NCBI GenBank assembly: GCA_030390025.1
Contig: CM059432.1
Coordinates: forward strand, 41,728,001 to 41,792,000
Length of the DNA: 64,000 nt
Direction: 5' to 3'
Source of the DNA: Squalus acanthias
Taxonomy: Eukaryota
The notes beneath the pieces were generated by a model. It was not told where the DNA came from. It saw only the letters and a program-made list of their open reading frames with translations, and searched no databases. The position numbers were made by a program, and so were the translations under genes. This document shows positions 12,375 through 24,690 of this stretch, one piece after another; positions within the stretch are counted from its first letter, which is position 1; every line of letters begins with the position of its first letter.

Positions 12375-12844
12375 TATTGCAACAAAGGTTCTACCAGAGA
12401 AACCAGTGCAACACAGAAACAGTTTTTCGTAAGTTGTAATTTCTTTTCCTGCCCTGGATGCCTGAGGAAGTTCTGTGCAGGCCAGTTAGCAGTAAGCTTC
12501 ACTGCTGATGCCACTATTTAAAGCCTCAACAATGTGGCTTTTCTGCTTGCTGGTCTATAAACACCTTCCCTAGCAATCAAGAAGAAATAATAACACTTAT
12601 ATTTGCCACTGGTGACACTGCTGCCCTGGAGGAGCCTGGGAACAAAAAAGTGACCTCTTGAAGTAGTTGTCCATTCCTCTGAAGGTAACAGTGTCATTCC
12701 CTTACACCACAGCACCACTGCCAAAGTTACGGCTGCTGTCACTGGCTCAGCGTATGTTTGCCTTATATATTTGTGAAATATCTTGGGATTTATTTCTACA
12801 TTAAATCGCTATATAAAAGCAAATTGTTGTTGTTATTAGCTATA

Positions 12845-13170
12845 CTGGCCAGAAGAAGAATCCAGTTTAAATTTCTGATTACTGTTAGTTGTTCTCAGCC
12901 ACTGCAGATCTTGCAATTGGCTTCAGCTACCTTGGGCTAGGCAAAGGGAAAACAAAATCATCCAAAGTTCTGCTCTCCATTGCCATTCAGTGACAATTGC
13001 TGGAGTGTGCCTGTGCTGCTGGGTGAGGACAAGAACAACCATCACTGTGATGCCCTCCAGGTTGAAAAGGCTGCCATTATTCACCATCTAGGCTTAGATA
13101 TGAAGAATGACCACTTGAGTGAGGTGAAAGCTGCTGCCATCTGTGGAACCGTACGCATAAGAGTCAGTGC
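12845..13170 (+). repeat. Old unclassified interspersed repeat, copy 1
   Basis: Collinear similarity by eye to 48710-49045. Confidence 0.5.
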
Positions 13171-13609
13171 TGATTTTAGGGTCTGTTGCAATAATTGTGT
13201 GCCCTTGATTTCTGCCTGCAACGTGTATAATGTGCATTTCCGGCAGGCGTTATACAGAGTGCAGGAAACTCATTTTCATATTTTAATGTGGACATCAGAT
13301 AGACTTTCCCGCTGATTACTGGCCTTCACGCCAATCTGCACTCAGTCATAAAAACACTCATTTACAAAACTTGCTAAGTATTGCTAGGCAGCTGTAGAAG
13401 GCATAACTTTTGATTTAAAGGAAGAGATTTAAAAGGATGCTTTATAAGGGTTTCTGAGTAGTTTTGCAACATATTTTTTCTGGTCCACCAGGTTAGTGAA
13501 AAAGCTTAAGCGGTAATTTGCTGACTGTGCTTCTGGTGGAGAGCCACGCCTGCAGAGAGCATGTATCGGAAATTTGGGCTCGTTGCACACGATTTTCTGG
13601 CTATTTGAA

Positions 13610-14000
13610 TTTTACAGCACAGCAGGAGGCCATTTGTCTCATCGCATCTATGCCAGCTCTCTTAAATAGCTATCCATTTAGTTCCATTCCTCTGCCCTTT
13701 GAAATTTTTTTTTCTCCATTTCCCTTTTAAAAGTTATTATGGATTCTGCTTCTACCACTGTTTAAGGTAGGGCATTCAATGTCCTAACAACCCTCTGCAT
13801 ATATAAAAACATCATTTCTGCTAGCCTCTCCCTTTGTTCTTCTTCTGATGATCTTAAATTTATGCCCCCTTGTTACCAATTCATCAACCAGTTTTTTTCC
13901 TGATTTACCATATCAAAACCCCTCATAATTTTGAACATCTCTATTAGATCACCTGTTAATCTTCTTTGTTTTAATGAAAAGTGATCCAGTTTCTCTCATC
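13610..14000 (-). mobile_element. Old CR1 3' fragment
   Basis: cctcataattttgaacatctctattagatcacc and a CR1-like 3' UTR. Confidence 0.65.
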
Positions 14001-14079
14001 TGTCTTCATAACTATATTGAGTGAGGCTAAGGTGAGTGAGGCTTTGTTATCTAGAGAGCATGCAAAAGGGAGAAACAGA

Positions 14080-14839
14080 GGGCTGGATTTTGAATGACCC
14101 GTGGAGTCGGGTTTGGCGGCGTGTGGGGGGTTAAAGTTGCGGGGTCGGGGGTCCCGACCCCATCCCAACTCCATCCCGCCTCCACGCAATTTTGACAAAA
14201 TCAGTCGCGGGGTTCCCGCCTCCGTCCCGCCTCCAAGAGGTGGGAGAGGCCATTAAAGCCCTTAACAAGCCCTAAATTGGCTCTGTAAAGCCATTTTGAA
14301 ACGTTTTAGGTAGTTTAACCCTTTTCTGACGTGAAGTACGCCTGATGTGAAACACTCCAGTGAAACCTGGCGGGAGCACAAGTGGATAGCTGACTATCGG
14401 CTGCAGGTCCACTATTAGAACGGAGATGTGATGAAGGTAGTAGTAGTATTAGGTCTGAAAGTTGATGCTGCTGCATTGAATGTCTTTAGAGACGGCTTGG
14501 CCTTGCTGTGAGAGGACCTGGATGGAAAACAATTCTCTCTCTCTCTCTCTCATATATATCCCCCCCACAATCCAGGTCCACTCACAGTCTCTGCATCCAG
14601 GTCCACTCACAACAAAAGCCAGGCAATCTCTGAGACCAGGCAGTCTCATCAATGATGACATCATCAGAGACGACTTTCAGACTCAAACCACTAATTGGTT
14701 CATGGGTTCCCACATGCTGGAACTCAATTACCCAATTAAGTTAAAATTGCATCATTCATCCACATTAATCTGGAGTCGGGGGGCAACACGAAATGCGGAT
14801 CACACGGCCCCAACCCGACCCCAAGACAAAATCCAGCCC
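14080..14839. mobile_element. Harbinger MITE, second copy of 2996-3772
   Basis: Same TIRs and body; flanks AGA/AGG give a 2 of 3 TSD match. Confidence 0.9.
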
Positions 14840-15129
14840 AGGAAGTTTGGAGAAGGTGCTCTTGTGCAAGTGGCAGCAGCGAAAAAGGTGGAAGTGAAAA
14901 GCCTTCCAGTTGTGAGCAGTTGAACTCAGACTGCTATTTGTGACTGTTGTGAGGGTATGAACAGCAGGTGAGTGTTTCTTTGTAATGAGGAAAACTGTTG
15001 CTGTGACCTGTTGTGTGTGGAGAAGAACCATATGAAGAGTGTGAAGCATGCATGGGGAATGAGTGCCAAAAAACTTCGATGGAAAGGTGTGATACATATA
15101 AATGGAGACAAGACCTGCATCTCACCCTT

Positions 15130-15444
15130 GTCCTTTCAGATGAGACGTTAAACCGAGGCCCCGTATGCCCCCTCAGGTGGATGTAAAAGATCCTATGGCA
15201 TTATTTCAAAGAAGATCAGGGGAGTTATCCCCAGTGTCCTAGCCAATATTTATCTCTCAATCAACATCACTAAAACAGATTATCTGGTCACTATCACATT
15301 GCTGTTTGTGGGAGCTTGCTGTGCGCAAATTGGCTGCCGCATTTCCTACATTACAACAGTGACTACACTTCAAAAAGTACTTAATTGGCTGTAATTCACT
15401 TTGGGACGTCCAGTGGTCGTGAAAGGCGCTATATAAAAGTCTTT
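15130..15444 (+). mobile_element. Deu-type SINE, 5'-truncated
   Basis: Matches the 3' two-thirds of 62272-62740; its tail is split by a MITE. Confidence 0.85.
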
Positions 15445-16138
15445 GGCCTAAAAATTTGGTTGCTTCCGCACCTCCCATTAGTGCCCTAAGAGGGCACTAA
15501 CGGGGCGTAAAGCAACTAGTGCCCGGGCGTGGCACCGCCAACACCTCCCGCAAAATTCAGCGGGAGGTTAGCGGTGGCGGTAACCGTTAGCGGCCCCCGG
15601 CGCTGCGCCACCGGCAATGACGTCATTGCCGTGTGCAGCGCCCCGCTCACGATCTTTGGTAGCGTCCCCTGACTTACCGCCAGACGCTATGTCCGACGGG
15701 GTCAGGGGGGCTTACCTGCAGCCGGACGGCGCTAATTAAAGGCGAGGTGCTGGGCGGCCATTTTTGTTGCTGGCCACCTGTCAGCATCTGCCCCCTCTGT
15801 CGTCCCCGGCCTCCTCTGAACCCCCCCCACGGAGTGCCGGCTGCGCTCCGTGAGCCCGGCACTTCTCTTGAGTGCCGGGCTCTTTTGAAGGCACTCCGAT
15901 CCCTGGTGGCCCAGCTGGGCCCCGGGTCGCGCTGCGCAAGGCCCCTCCCCTTTAAGGGGAGGAAGGCCTGCAGTACCACGACACGTAGCGCCGCGATATT
16001 CACTCGCAGCACCCCGCTTCCCTCTTAGGGCGCCACCGATGAATTTTGGCCGCGGGGGTGCTAATTTTTTCGGGGTGCTAAAAGTAGCTCCCCGGCGAAG
16101 CTAGCGCCCCAAAGGGGGCACGACTCAATTTTTCCCCC
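15445..16138. mobile_element. Harbinger MITE related to 9287-10178, opposite orientation
   Basis: Imperfect TIR GGCCTAAAAATTTG / CAATTTTTCCCCC; TSD TTT; left subterminus is the reverse complement of about 10095-10155. Confidence 0.82.
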
Positions 16139-16149
16139 TTTCTTTTTCC

Positions 16150-16680
16150 TGGTCAGGTCATTAAACACCTTCCAACACTGAACCCAGTTCCTCGGGGTGA
16201 TGCTCCAGCACTGACGACTTCAGCAATCTCCTTCCTGGATTTCTGCTGCCTCTGCTTTGGGAGCCTGGTGCCATCTCTGGGGAAGAGGACCAGCCTCCAT
16301 CCCCACTAGGACTTCCACTGCGACATCACTGAACCTTGGAACTATAGCCCTCAATGTTCTGCAAATGCTGCATGAAAATGGAGAAACAGCAGAACGTATT
16401 CTTTGCAGGGGCACTGACCAACCAGCAACTGCTCAGAAATGACACCATTAAACATCAGAACTTACTCTGCTCAGAGACACTGAACAATAACAATGGCTGA
16501 GAAATCGCTACAAATCAGCAGGACACACTTTCCTCAGGGTGACTTGACACCTCTCTTTAAGAGGTGCATTCATCCTTTAAATACTGCAAATCTCAGGCGG
16601 AAATCCTGCCGCCCAATTGGGTGGGTTGCCAGTCAGCGATCCTAATGCCTAGGCAGCCACTCAATGGAATACAAATAAGG
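16150..16680 (-). mobile_element. Harbinger Myb-end remnant, probably resuming at 25291-25376
   Basis: VPRFSDVAVEVLV reading; cacctctctttaagaggtgc motif; TIR-like AAATTCTACCCC at 25365-25376 beyond the large CR1. Confidence 0.6.
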
Positions 16681-18754
16681 CCAGGCTGAGTGCAGTGAGC
16701 ACAGAGTGAGCAGCTGGGAGTTTGGTAAGTGTGGGAGTTTTAAGGGTTAATCTCTTTTAAAATCTAGTGTTAATTGCTAGTAGCTCTTAAGTAAGATCAA
16801 CTGTTTAAGTTAAAATCTAAATTTAAAATTTTTAAGTTTCTTCAGGTTTAAGCAGAGACAAACAAGCAAGCTCTCCTGCTAACTGGACTAAACTGGTTCC
16901 TGAAATAGTAGCAGAGCAGTGTTGACTCATCTGAGTCACAAACAGTATAAACACAGGGGCCTGTGAGTGCAGCCAGCACTGAGTGCAGTGAGCACAGAGT
17001 GAGCAGCTGGGAGTTTGGTAAGTGTGGGAGTTTGGTAAGTGTTGGAGTTTGGTGAAGTGGAGGAAGGAGGTGCTTGCTTTTCCTAACTTCTCCCACAGAG
17101 CGGCGGCAGACCTGAGCGGGAGCAGATTGAGGCCCGAGAGCGGGGATAAAAGCAGCAGCAGACCTGCAATAATAGAAAACGGCAGTGTGACTTCACAGGT
17201 AAGGCAGGTAAGTGATTGGTAGTGACTGTGGGCCAAGTTTTAAGTTAACATTTAACATATAAGCAAATTTTAAAAACTAAACTTAATTTAATTAATTTAA
17301 TAAACTAAACGAGGTAAATAATTTGATTAACACTAAACTAATTAATTAAATAAATAAAATAATGGGCAAACAGGAGATGTGTCGCTGCTGCAATATGTGG
17401 GAGCTTGTGGACATTTTCGTCCAGGGTGACTACATCTGCGGTAAGTGTCTGTGGCTCGAGGAACTTCGGCTCCGAGTTGAGGAGCTGGAGTCTGAGCTGC
17501 AGACATTGCGAGTCATCAGGGAGGGAGAAAGTTACCTGGACATTTTGCTCCAGGAGGCAGCTGCACCCCTTAGATTAAATACTTTAGAATTGACACGTGG
17601 TCAGGGACAGGAGGGTGTGACTGCGAGTGAGGCAGGTACGGGAATCCAGGAGGTAGTATTGCAGGAGCCTCAGTCCTTGCACTTGTCCAATAGATTCGAG
17701 GTTCTTGCAACCCTTGTGGACAAGTGCAGGGACTGCGGGAAGAATGAGCAAACTGACCACGGCATCATGGGGGGAGTAAAAAGGAAGGTGGTTGTAGTAA
17801 GCGACAGTATAGTTAGGGGATAGACACTGTTCTCTGCAGCCAGGAGCGTCAGTCCCGAAGGCTATGTTGCCTACCTGGTGCCAGGGTAAAGGACATCAGC
17901 TCCGGGCTGGAGAAGAACTTGGAGTGGGAGGGGGAGGATCCAGTTGTCGTGGCCCACATAGGTACCAATGACATAGGTAGGACAAAGAAAGAGGTTCTGC
18001 TGGAGAGTTTGAGCAGCTAGGGACTTAATTAAAAAGCAGAACCACAAAGGTCATAATCTCTGGATTATTACTGGAGCCACGAGCAAATTGGCATAGGACC
18101 AATAGGATCAGGGAGATGAATGCGTGGCTCAAAGATTGGTGTGGGAGAAGTGGGTTTCGATTCGTGGGGCACTGGCAACCAGTACTGGGGAAAGAGAGAG
18201 CTGTTGCGTTCGGACGGACTACACCAGAACCATGCTGGGACCAGAGTTCTAGCGAATTGAATAACTAGGGAGGTAGATAGGGCTTTAAACTAAATAAGGG
18301 GGGGGAGGGTCCCGGTGGAGAGAAATCTAGAATGCTAAAGAGAAAAGACAAGGAAGCAGTGCAGGAAAGTGATTAGGGTAAGAATAACCAGATTGTGTCA
18401 GGAAGGGACCGAGCGTACAAACAAAGGAGTGCACTAACAAATAGGGTCCGGTTAAGAAAAAATGGTAATAAGACAAATAGGGCCATAGTACAAAAAAATG
18501 TTGAGATGTCTAAAAATGTTAAAAAGAAAAATCTAAAGGCACTATATCCGAATGCACGAAGCACTCATAATAAGGTAGACGAATTAACAGCGCAAATAGA
18601 TGTAAACGGATACGATATAATTGTGATTACAGAGACATGGCTGCAGGATGACCAAGGCTGGGAGCTGAATATCCAAGGATATTCGATATTTAGGAAGGAC
18701 AGGCAAAAAGGAAAAGGAGGTGGGGTGGCGTTGTTAGTAAAGGATGAAATCAGA

Positions 18755-19408
18755 GCAGAGTCATACAGCACAGAAAGAGGCCCTTCGGCTCATCGTGTCC
18801 GCGCCGGCCATCAAGCCCTGTCTATTCTAATCCCATTTTCCAGCACCTGGTCGTAACCTTGTATGCTATGGCGTTTCAAGTGCTCATCTAAATGCTTCTT
18901 GAATGTTGTGAGGGTTCCTGCCTCTACCACCCTTTCAGGCAGTGAGTTCCAGATTCCAACCACCCTCTGGGTGAAAAGTTTTTCCTCAAATCCCCTCTAA
19001 ACCTCCTGCCCCTTACCTTGAAACTATGCCCCCTGGTTATTGATCCCTCTACTAAGGGGAAAAGTTCCTTTCTATCTACCTTATCTATGCCCCTCATAAT
19101 TTTGTACACCTCAATCAGGTCCCCCCTCAGCCTTCTCTGCTCTAAGGAAAACAACCCCAGCCTGTCCAGTCTCTCTTCATAGCTGAAGCACTCCAGCCCA
19201 GGTAACATCCTGGTGAATCTCCTCTGCACCCTCTCCAATGCAATCACATCCTTCCTATAGTGTGGCGACCAGAACTGCACACAGTATTCCAGTTGTGGCC
19301 TAACTAGCGTTTTGTACAGCTCCATAATAACCTCCCTGCTCTTATATTCTATGCCTCGGCTAATGAAGGCAAGTATCCCATATGCCTTTTTAACCACCTT
19401 ATCTACCA
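18755..19408 (-). mobile_element. CR1 3' fragment nested in CR1 ORF2
   Basis: RT C-terminus; 3' UTR nearly identical to 9180-9286; host EN reading resumes at about 19409. Confidence 0.9.
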
Positions 19409-21107
19409 ATAGTGAGAAAGGATATTGGCTCAGAAAATCAAGATGTAGAATCAGTCTGGGTGGAGCTAAGAAGCACCAAGGGGCAGAAAACATTGGTGGG
19501 AGTTGTCTATAGGCCTCCAAACAGTAGCGGTAACATAGGGGATGGCATCAAACAGGAAATTAGAGATGTGTGTAACAAGGGTACTACAGTAATCATGGGT
19601 GACTTTAATCTACATATAGACTGGACAAACCAGATTAGCAATAATATTGTGGAGGATGAATTCCTGGAGTGTGTACGAGATGGTTTTTTAGACCAGTACG
19701 TTGAGGATCCAACTAGGGAACAGGCTATCCTCGATTGGGTATTGTGCAATGAGAGGGGTTAATTAATAATCTTATTGTGCGGGGTCCTTTAGGGAAGAGT
19801 GACCATAACATGATAGAATTCTTCAATAAGATGGAAAGTGAAGAAGTCCAATCCGAAACTAGGGTCCTAAATTTAAACAAAGGAAACTACGAAGGTATGA
19901 GGAGTGAGTTGGCTATGATAGATTGGGGAGCTTCATTAAAAGGCATGACAGTGGATAGGCAATGGCTAACATTTAAGGAACGAATGCATAAATTGCAAGT
20001 TATACATTCCTTTCCAGCGCAAAAACACAAAAGGAAAAGCGGCCCAACTATGGCTAACAAAAGAAATTAAGGATAGTATTAGATCCAAAGAGGAGTCATA
20101 TAAAGTTGTCAGAAAAAGTAGCAAGCCTGAGGATTGGGAGCAGTTGAGAATTCAGCAAAAAAGGACCAAGAGATTGATTAAGAGGGGAAAAATAGAGTAT
20201 GAGAGTAAACTTGCAAGGAACATAAAAGCGGATTGCAAAAGCTTCTACAAGTATGTAAAAAGAAAAAGATTAGTGAAGACAAATGTAGGTCCCTTACAGT
20301 CAGAAACAGGAAAATTTATAATGGGGAGCAAGGAAATGGCAGGAGCAATTAAACAAATACTTTGGTTCTGTCTTCACGGAAGAGGACACAAATAACGTCT
20401 GAGAAATGCTAGGGAACCAAGGGTCTAGTGAGAAGGAGGAATTAAAGGAAATTAGAATTAGTAAAAAAATAGTGCTGGAGAAATTAATGGGACTGAAAGC
20501 TGATAAATCCCCAGGGCCTGATAATCTGCATGCCAGAGTACTAAAAGAGGTAGCCATGGAAATAGTGAATACATTGGTTGTCATCTTCCAAAATTCTATA
20601 GATTATGGAACAGTTCCTGCAGATTGGAGGGTGGCAAATGTAACACTATTTAAAAAAGGAGGGAGAGAGAAAACAGGGAACTACAGACCGGTTAGCCGAA
20701 CATCAGTAGTAGGGAAAATGCTAGAGTCTATTATAAAGGATGTGATAACAGGACACTTGGAAAATATCAACAGGATTAGACAAAGTCAACATGGATTTAT
20801 GAAAGGGAAATCGTGTTTGACAAACCTACTGGAGTTTTTTGAGGATGTAACTGGTAGAATAGATAAGGGAGAACCAGTGGATGTGGTGTATTTGGATTTT
20901 TAGAAGGCCTTTGATAAAGTCCCACAGAAGAGGTTAGTGTGCAAAATTAAAGCACATGGGATTGGGGGTAATATACTGGCATGGATTGAAAATTGGCTAA
21001 CAGACAGGAAACAGAGAGTAGGAATAAACGGGTCTATTTCGGGGTGGCAGGCGGTGACTAGTGGGGTACTGCAGGGATCAGTGCTTAGGCCCCAGCTATT
21101 CACAATA

Positions 21108-22951
21108 GAATCATAGATCATAGAAAGTTACAGCACCGGCCAACAAAGAGCTATCCAGCCTAATCCCACATCCCAGCTCTTGGTCCGTAGCCCTGCAGGT
21201 TAGAGCATCCCAGGTGCACATCCAAGTACTTTTTAAATGTGGTTAGGGTTCCTGCCTCTACCACCCTTTCAGGCAGTGAGTTCCAGACCCCCATAACCCT
21301 CGGGGTGAAGAAATTTCCCCTCAAATCTCCTCTAAACCTTCCCCCAATTACTTTAGTTCTGTGCCCCCTGGTTTTTGACCCCTCTGCTAAGGGAAATAGG
21401 TCCTTTCTATCCACTTTATCTATGCCCCTCATAATTTTATGCACCTCAATAAGGTCTCCCCTCAGCCTCCTCTGTTCCAAGGAAAACAGACCCAGCCTAT
21501 CCAGATAGCTAAGATTCTCTACTCCCGGCAACATCCTTGTAAATCTCCTCTGTACCCTCTCTAGTGCAATCACATCTTTCCTGTAATGTGGCGACCAGAA
21601 CTGCATGCAGTACTCTAGCTGAGGCCTAACTAGTGTTTTTTACAGTTGAAGCATAACCCCCCCTGCTCTTGTATTCTATGCCACGGCTAATAAAGGCAAG
21701 CATTCCGTATGCCTTCTTAACCACCTTATCTACTTGGCCTGCTACCGTCAGGGATCTGTGGACATGCACTCCAAGGTCCCTTTGTTCCTCTACACTACTC
21801 AGTGTCCTACCATTTAATGTGTATTCCCTTTCCTTGTTAGCCCTCCCCAAATGCATTACCTCACACTTCTCTGGATCGAATTCCATTTGCCACTGTTCTG
21901 CCCACCTGACCAATTTATTGATATCTTCCTGCAGTCTACAGCTTCCTTCTTCAGTATCAACCACACTGCCGATTTTAGTATCATCCGCAAACTTCTTAAT
22001 CATACCACCTATATTCAAGTCAAGATCATTGATATATACCACAAAAAGCAAGGGACCTAGTACTGAGCCCTGCGGAACCCCACTGGAAACAGCCTTCCAG
22101 TCACAAAAACACCCATCAACCATTACCCTCTGCTTCCTGTCTCCGAGCCAGTTTTGAATCCAACTTGACACTTTGCCCTGGATCCCATGGGCTTTTAACT
22201 TCGCGACCAGTCTGCCATGTGGAACCTTATCAAAAGGCTTGCTAAAGTCCATATACACAACATCAAACGCACTACCCTCATCTACCCTCCTTGTTACCTC
22301 CTCAAAAAATTCAATCAAGTTTGTCAGACACGACCTTCCCTTAACAAATCCGTGCTGACTATCCTTGATTAATCCGTGTCTTTCTAAATGAAGATTTCTC
22401 CTGTCCTTCAGAATTCTTTCCAATAATTTTCCCACCACCGAGATTAGGCTGACTGGCCTGTAATTACTCGGTCTATCCTTTTCTCCCTTTTTAAACAAGA
22501 GTACCACATTAGCAGTCCTCCGGCACCACACCCGAAGCCAGAGAGGATTGAAAAATGATGGTCAGGGCCTCTGCTATTTCCTCTTTTGCTTTGCTTAACA
22601 GCCTGGGATACATTTCATCCGGGCCTGGGGATTTATTCACTTTTAAAGCTGCTAAACCTCTTAATACTTCCTCTCTCACTATGTTTATTTCATCTAAAAT
22701 TTCACACTCCTCCCCCCCGATAGCAATGTCTGCTTTGCCCCTCTCCTTTGTGAAAACAGACGCAAAGTATTCATTAAGAACACTACCGACGTCTCCCGCC
22801 TCCATACACAGATTACCCTCATGATCTCTAATAGGCCCTACCCTTTCTTTAGTTATCCTCTTACTCTTAATATATTTATAAAACATCTTTGGGTTTTCCT
22901 TGATTTTACTTGCCAAGAATTGTTCATGCTCTCTCTTTGCTTTCTTAATAT
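21108..22951 (-). mobile_element. CR1 LINE (1.8 kb) nested in CR1 RT
   Basis: RT ORFs 22509-23015, 21626-22531 and 21160-21606; possible TSD caata; host resumes at IYINDLDEG. Confidence 0.92.
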
Positions 22952-23350
22952 CAATATATATCAATGATTTGGATGAGGGAACCAAATGTAATATTTCCAA
23001 GTTTGCTGATGACACGAAACTAGGTGGGATTGTGAGTTGTGAAGAGGATGCAAAGAGGCTTCAAGGCGATTTAGACAAGTTGAGTGAGTGGGCAAATACA
23101 TGGCAGATGCAGTATGATGTGGATAAATGTGAAGTTATCCACTTTGGTAAGAAAAACAGAAAGGCAAAGTAGTATTTAAATGGTGGTAGATTGGGAAATG
23201 TTGATGTACAGAGGGAACTGGGTGTCCTTGTACACCAGTCACTGAAAGCAAACATGCAGGTGCAGCAAGCAGTTAGGAAGGCAAATGGTATGTTGGCCTT
23301 CATTGCAAGAGGATTTGAGTACAGGAGCAAGGATGTCTTACTACAGTTAT

Positions 23351-24690
23351 GATGCGGAGATGCCGGTGTTGGACTGGGGTGGACAAAAATGAGAAGTCGC
23401 ACAACACCAGGTTATAGTCCAACAGTTTTATTTGAAATCACAAGCTTTCGGAGCTGTTGCTCCTTCGTCGGGTGAAGTAAAGAGATACAGAATCGCCAAA
23501 GCATATATAGATAGAGAACAATGCATGTGTACCTTACAATGGTAGACGACTAAATTTAATCATCCTGACTGTTTATCTGCCGAGGTGTGACAAAAGGCAA
23601 TCAGGTCAGCCAGGAAGGTCCCACATCAAAGACATAGCAAGATACAACTGAGACAATGAGGTGGAGTTACAGGGGGTCTAACGTGTCAAAAGCTGCAGTC
23701 AGTATGTAAAACGATAAACTTTAAAATTTTTACTTTTTTACTGGGAATCACATCTGTGAACAAGCCAACGACGACTCGAGTCTGGATCACGTCATGTATC
23801 GTGACATAAACCCAAGATCCCGGTTGAGACCGTCCTCATGAGTGCGGAACTTGGCTATCAGTTTCTGCTCGATGATTTTGCGTTGTCGTGTGTTTCTAAG
23901 GCCGCCTTGGAGAACGCTTACCCGCAGATCCGAGGCTGAATGTCCTTGACTGCTGAAGTGTTCCCCGACTGGGAGGGAACACTCCTACCTCATACGTTGC
24001 AGGAAAGAATGCACCGCGGCATGGTACATCGGCGAGACCATGCAGACACTGAGACAACGTATGAACGGACACTGCGCAACAATCACCAGGCAGGAGTGTT
24101 CCCTCCCAGTCGGGGAACACTTCAGCAGTCAAGGACATTCAGCCTCGGATCTGCGGGTAAGCGTTCTCCAAGGCGGCCTTAGAAACACACGACAACGCAA
24201 AATCATCGAGCAGAAACTGATAGCCAAGTTCCGCACTCATGAGGACGGTCTCAACCGGGATCTTGGGTTTATGTCACGATACATGACGTGATCCGGACTC
24301 GAGTCGTCGTTGGCTTGTTCACAGATGTGATTCCCAGTAAAAAAGTAAAAATTTTAAAGTTTATCGTTTTACATACTGACTGCAGCTTTTGACACGTTAG
24401 ACCCCCTGTAACTCCACCTCATTGTCTCAGTTGTATCTTGCTATGTCTTTGATGTGGGACCTTCCTGGCTGACCTGATTGCCTTTTGTCACACCTCGGCA
24501 GATAAACAGTCAGGATGATTAAATTTAGTCGTCTACCATTGTAAGGTACACATGCATTGTTCTCTATCTATATATGCTTTGGCGATTCTGTATCTCTTTA
24601 CTTCACCCGACGAAGGAGCAACAGCTCCGAAAGCTTGTGATTTCAAATAAAACTGTTGGACTATAACCTGGTGTTGTGCGACTTCTCATT
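23351..24690 (+). mobile_element. Penelope-like element, truncated, with inverted pLTR
   Basis: GIY-YIG C-terminus LIRCRKECTAAWYIGETMQTLRQRMNGH...EQKLIAKF..GLN (about 23989-24291); arms 23387-23986 and 24092-24691; TSD tactacagttat. Confidence 0.92.
24603..24640 (+). ncRNA. Minimal hammerhead ribozyme motif (variant core) in the pLTR; mirror copy at 23438-23475 on minus
   Basis: tcac-CCGACGA-a-ggagc-aaca-gctcc-GAAA-gctt-gtga; palindromic AAGCTT stem III typical of minimal PLE hammerheads. Confidence 0.72.

Noticed and set aside
15445..16138. CpG-island promoter of a host gene
   Set aside because: The CpG-rich segment is bounded by TIRs and a TSD and is homologous to another MITE.
21669..22157. 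Recurrent Ser/Leu-rich ORFs (also 4844-5365, 8078-8572, 41934-42317) as a gene family
   Set aside because: They are antisense shadows of CR1 reverse transcriptase.
23896..24182. Mirror ORFs with the same start and end on both strands as bidirectional genes
   Set aside because: An artefact of the inverted repeat; the meaningful frame is the GIY-YIG fragment.
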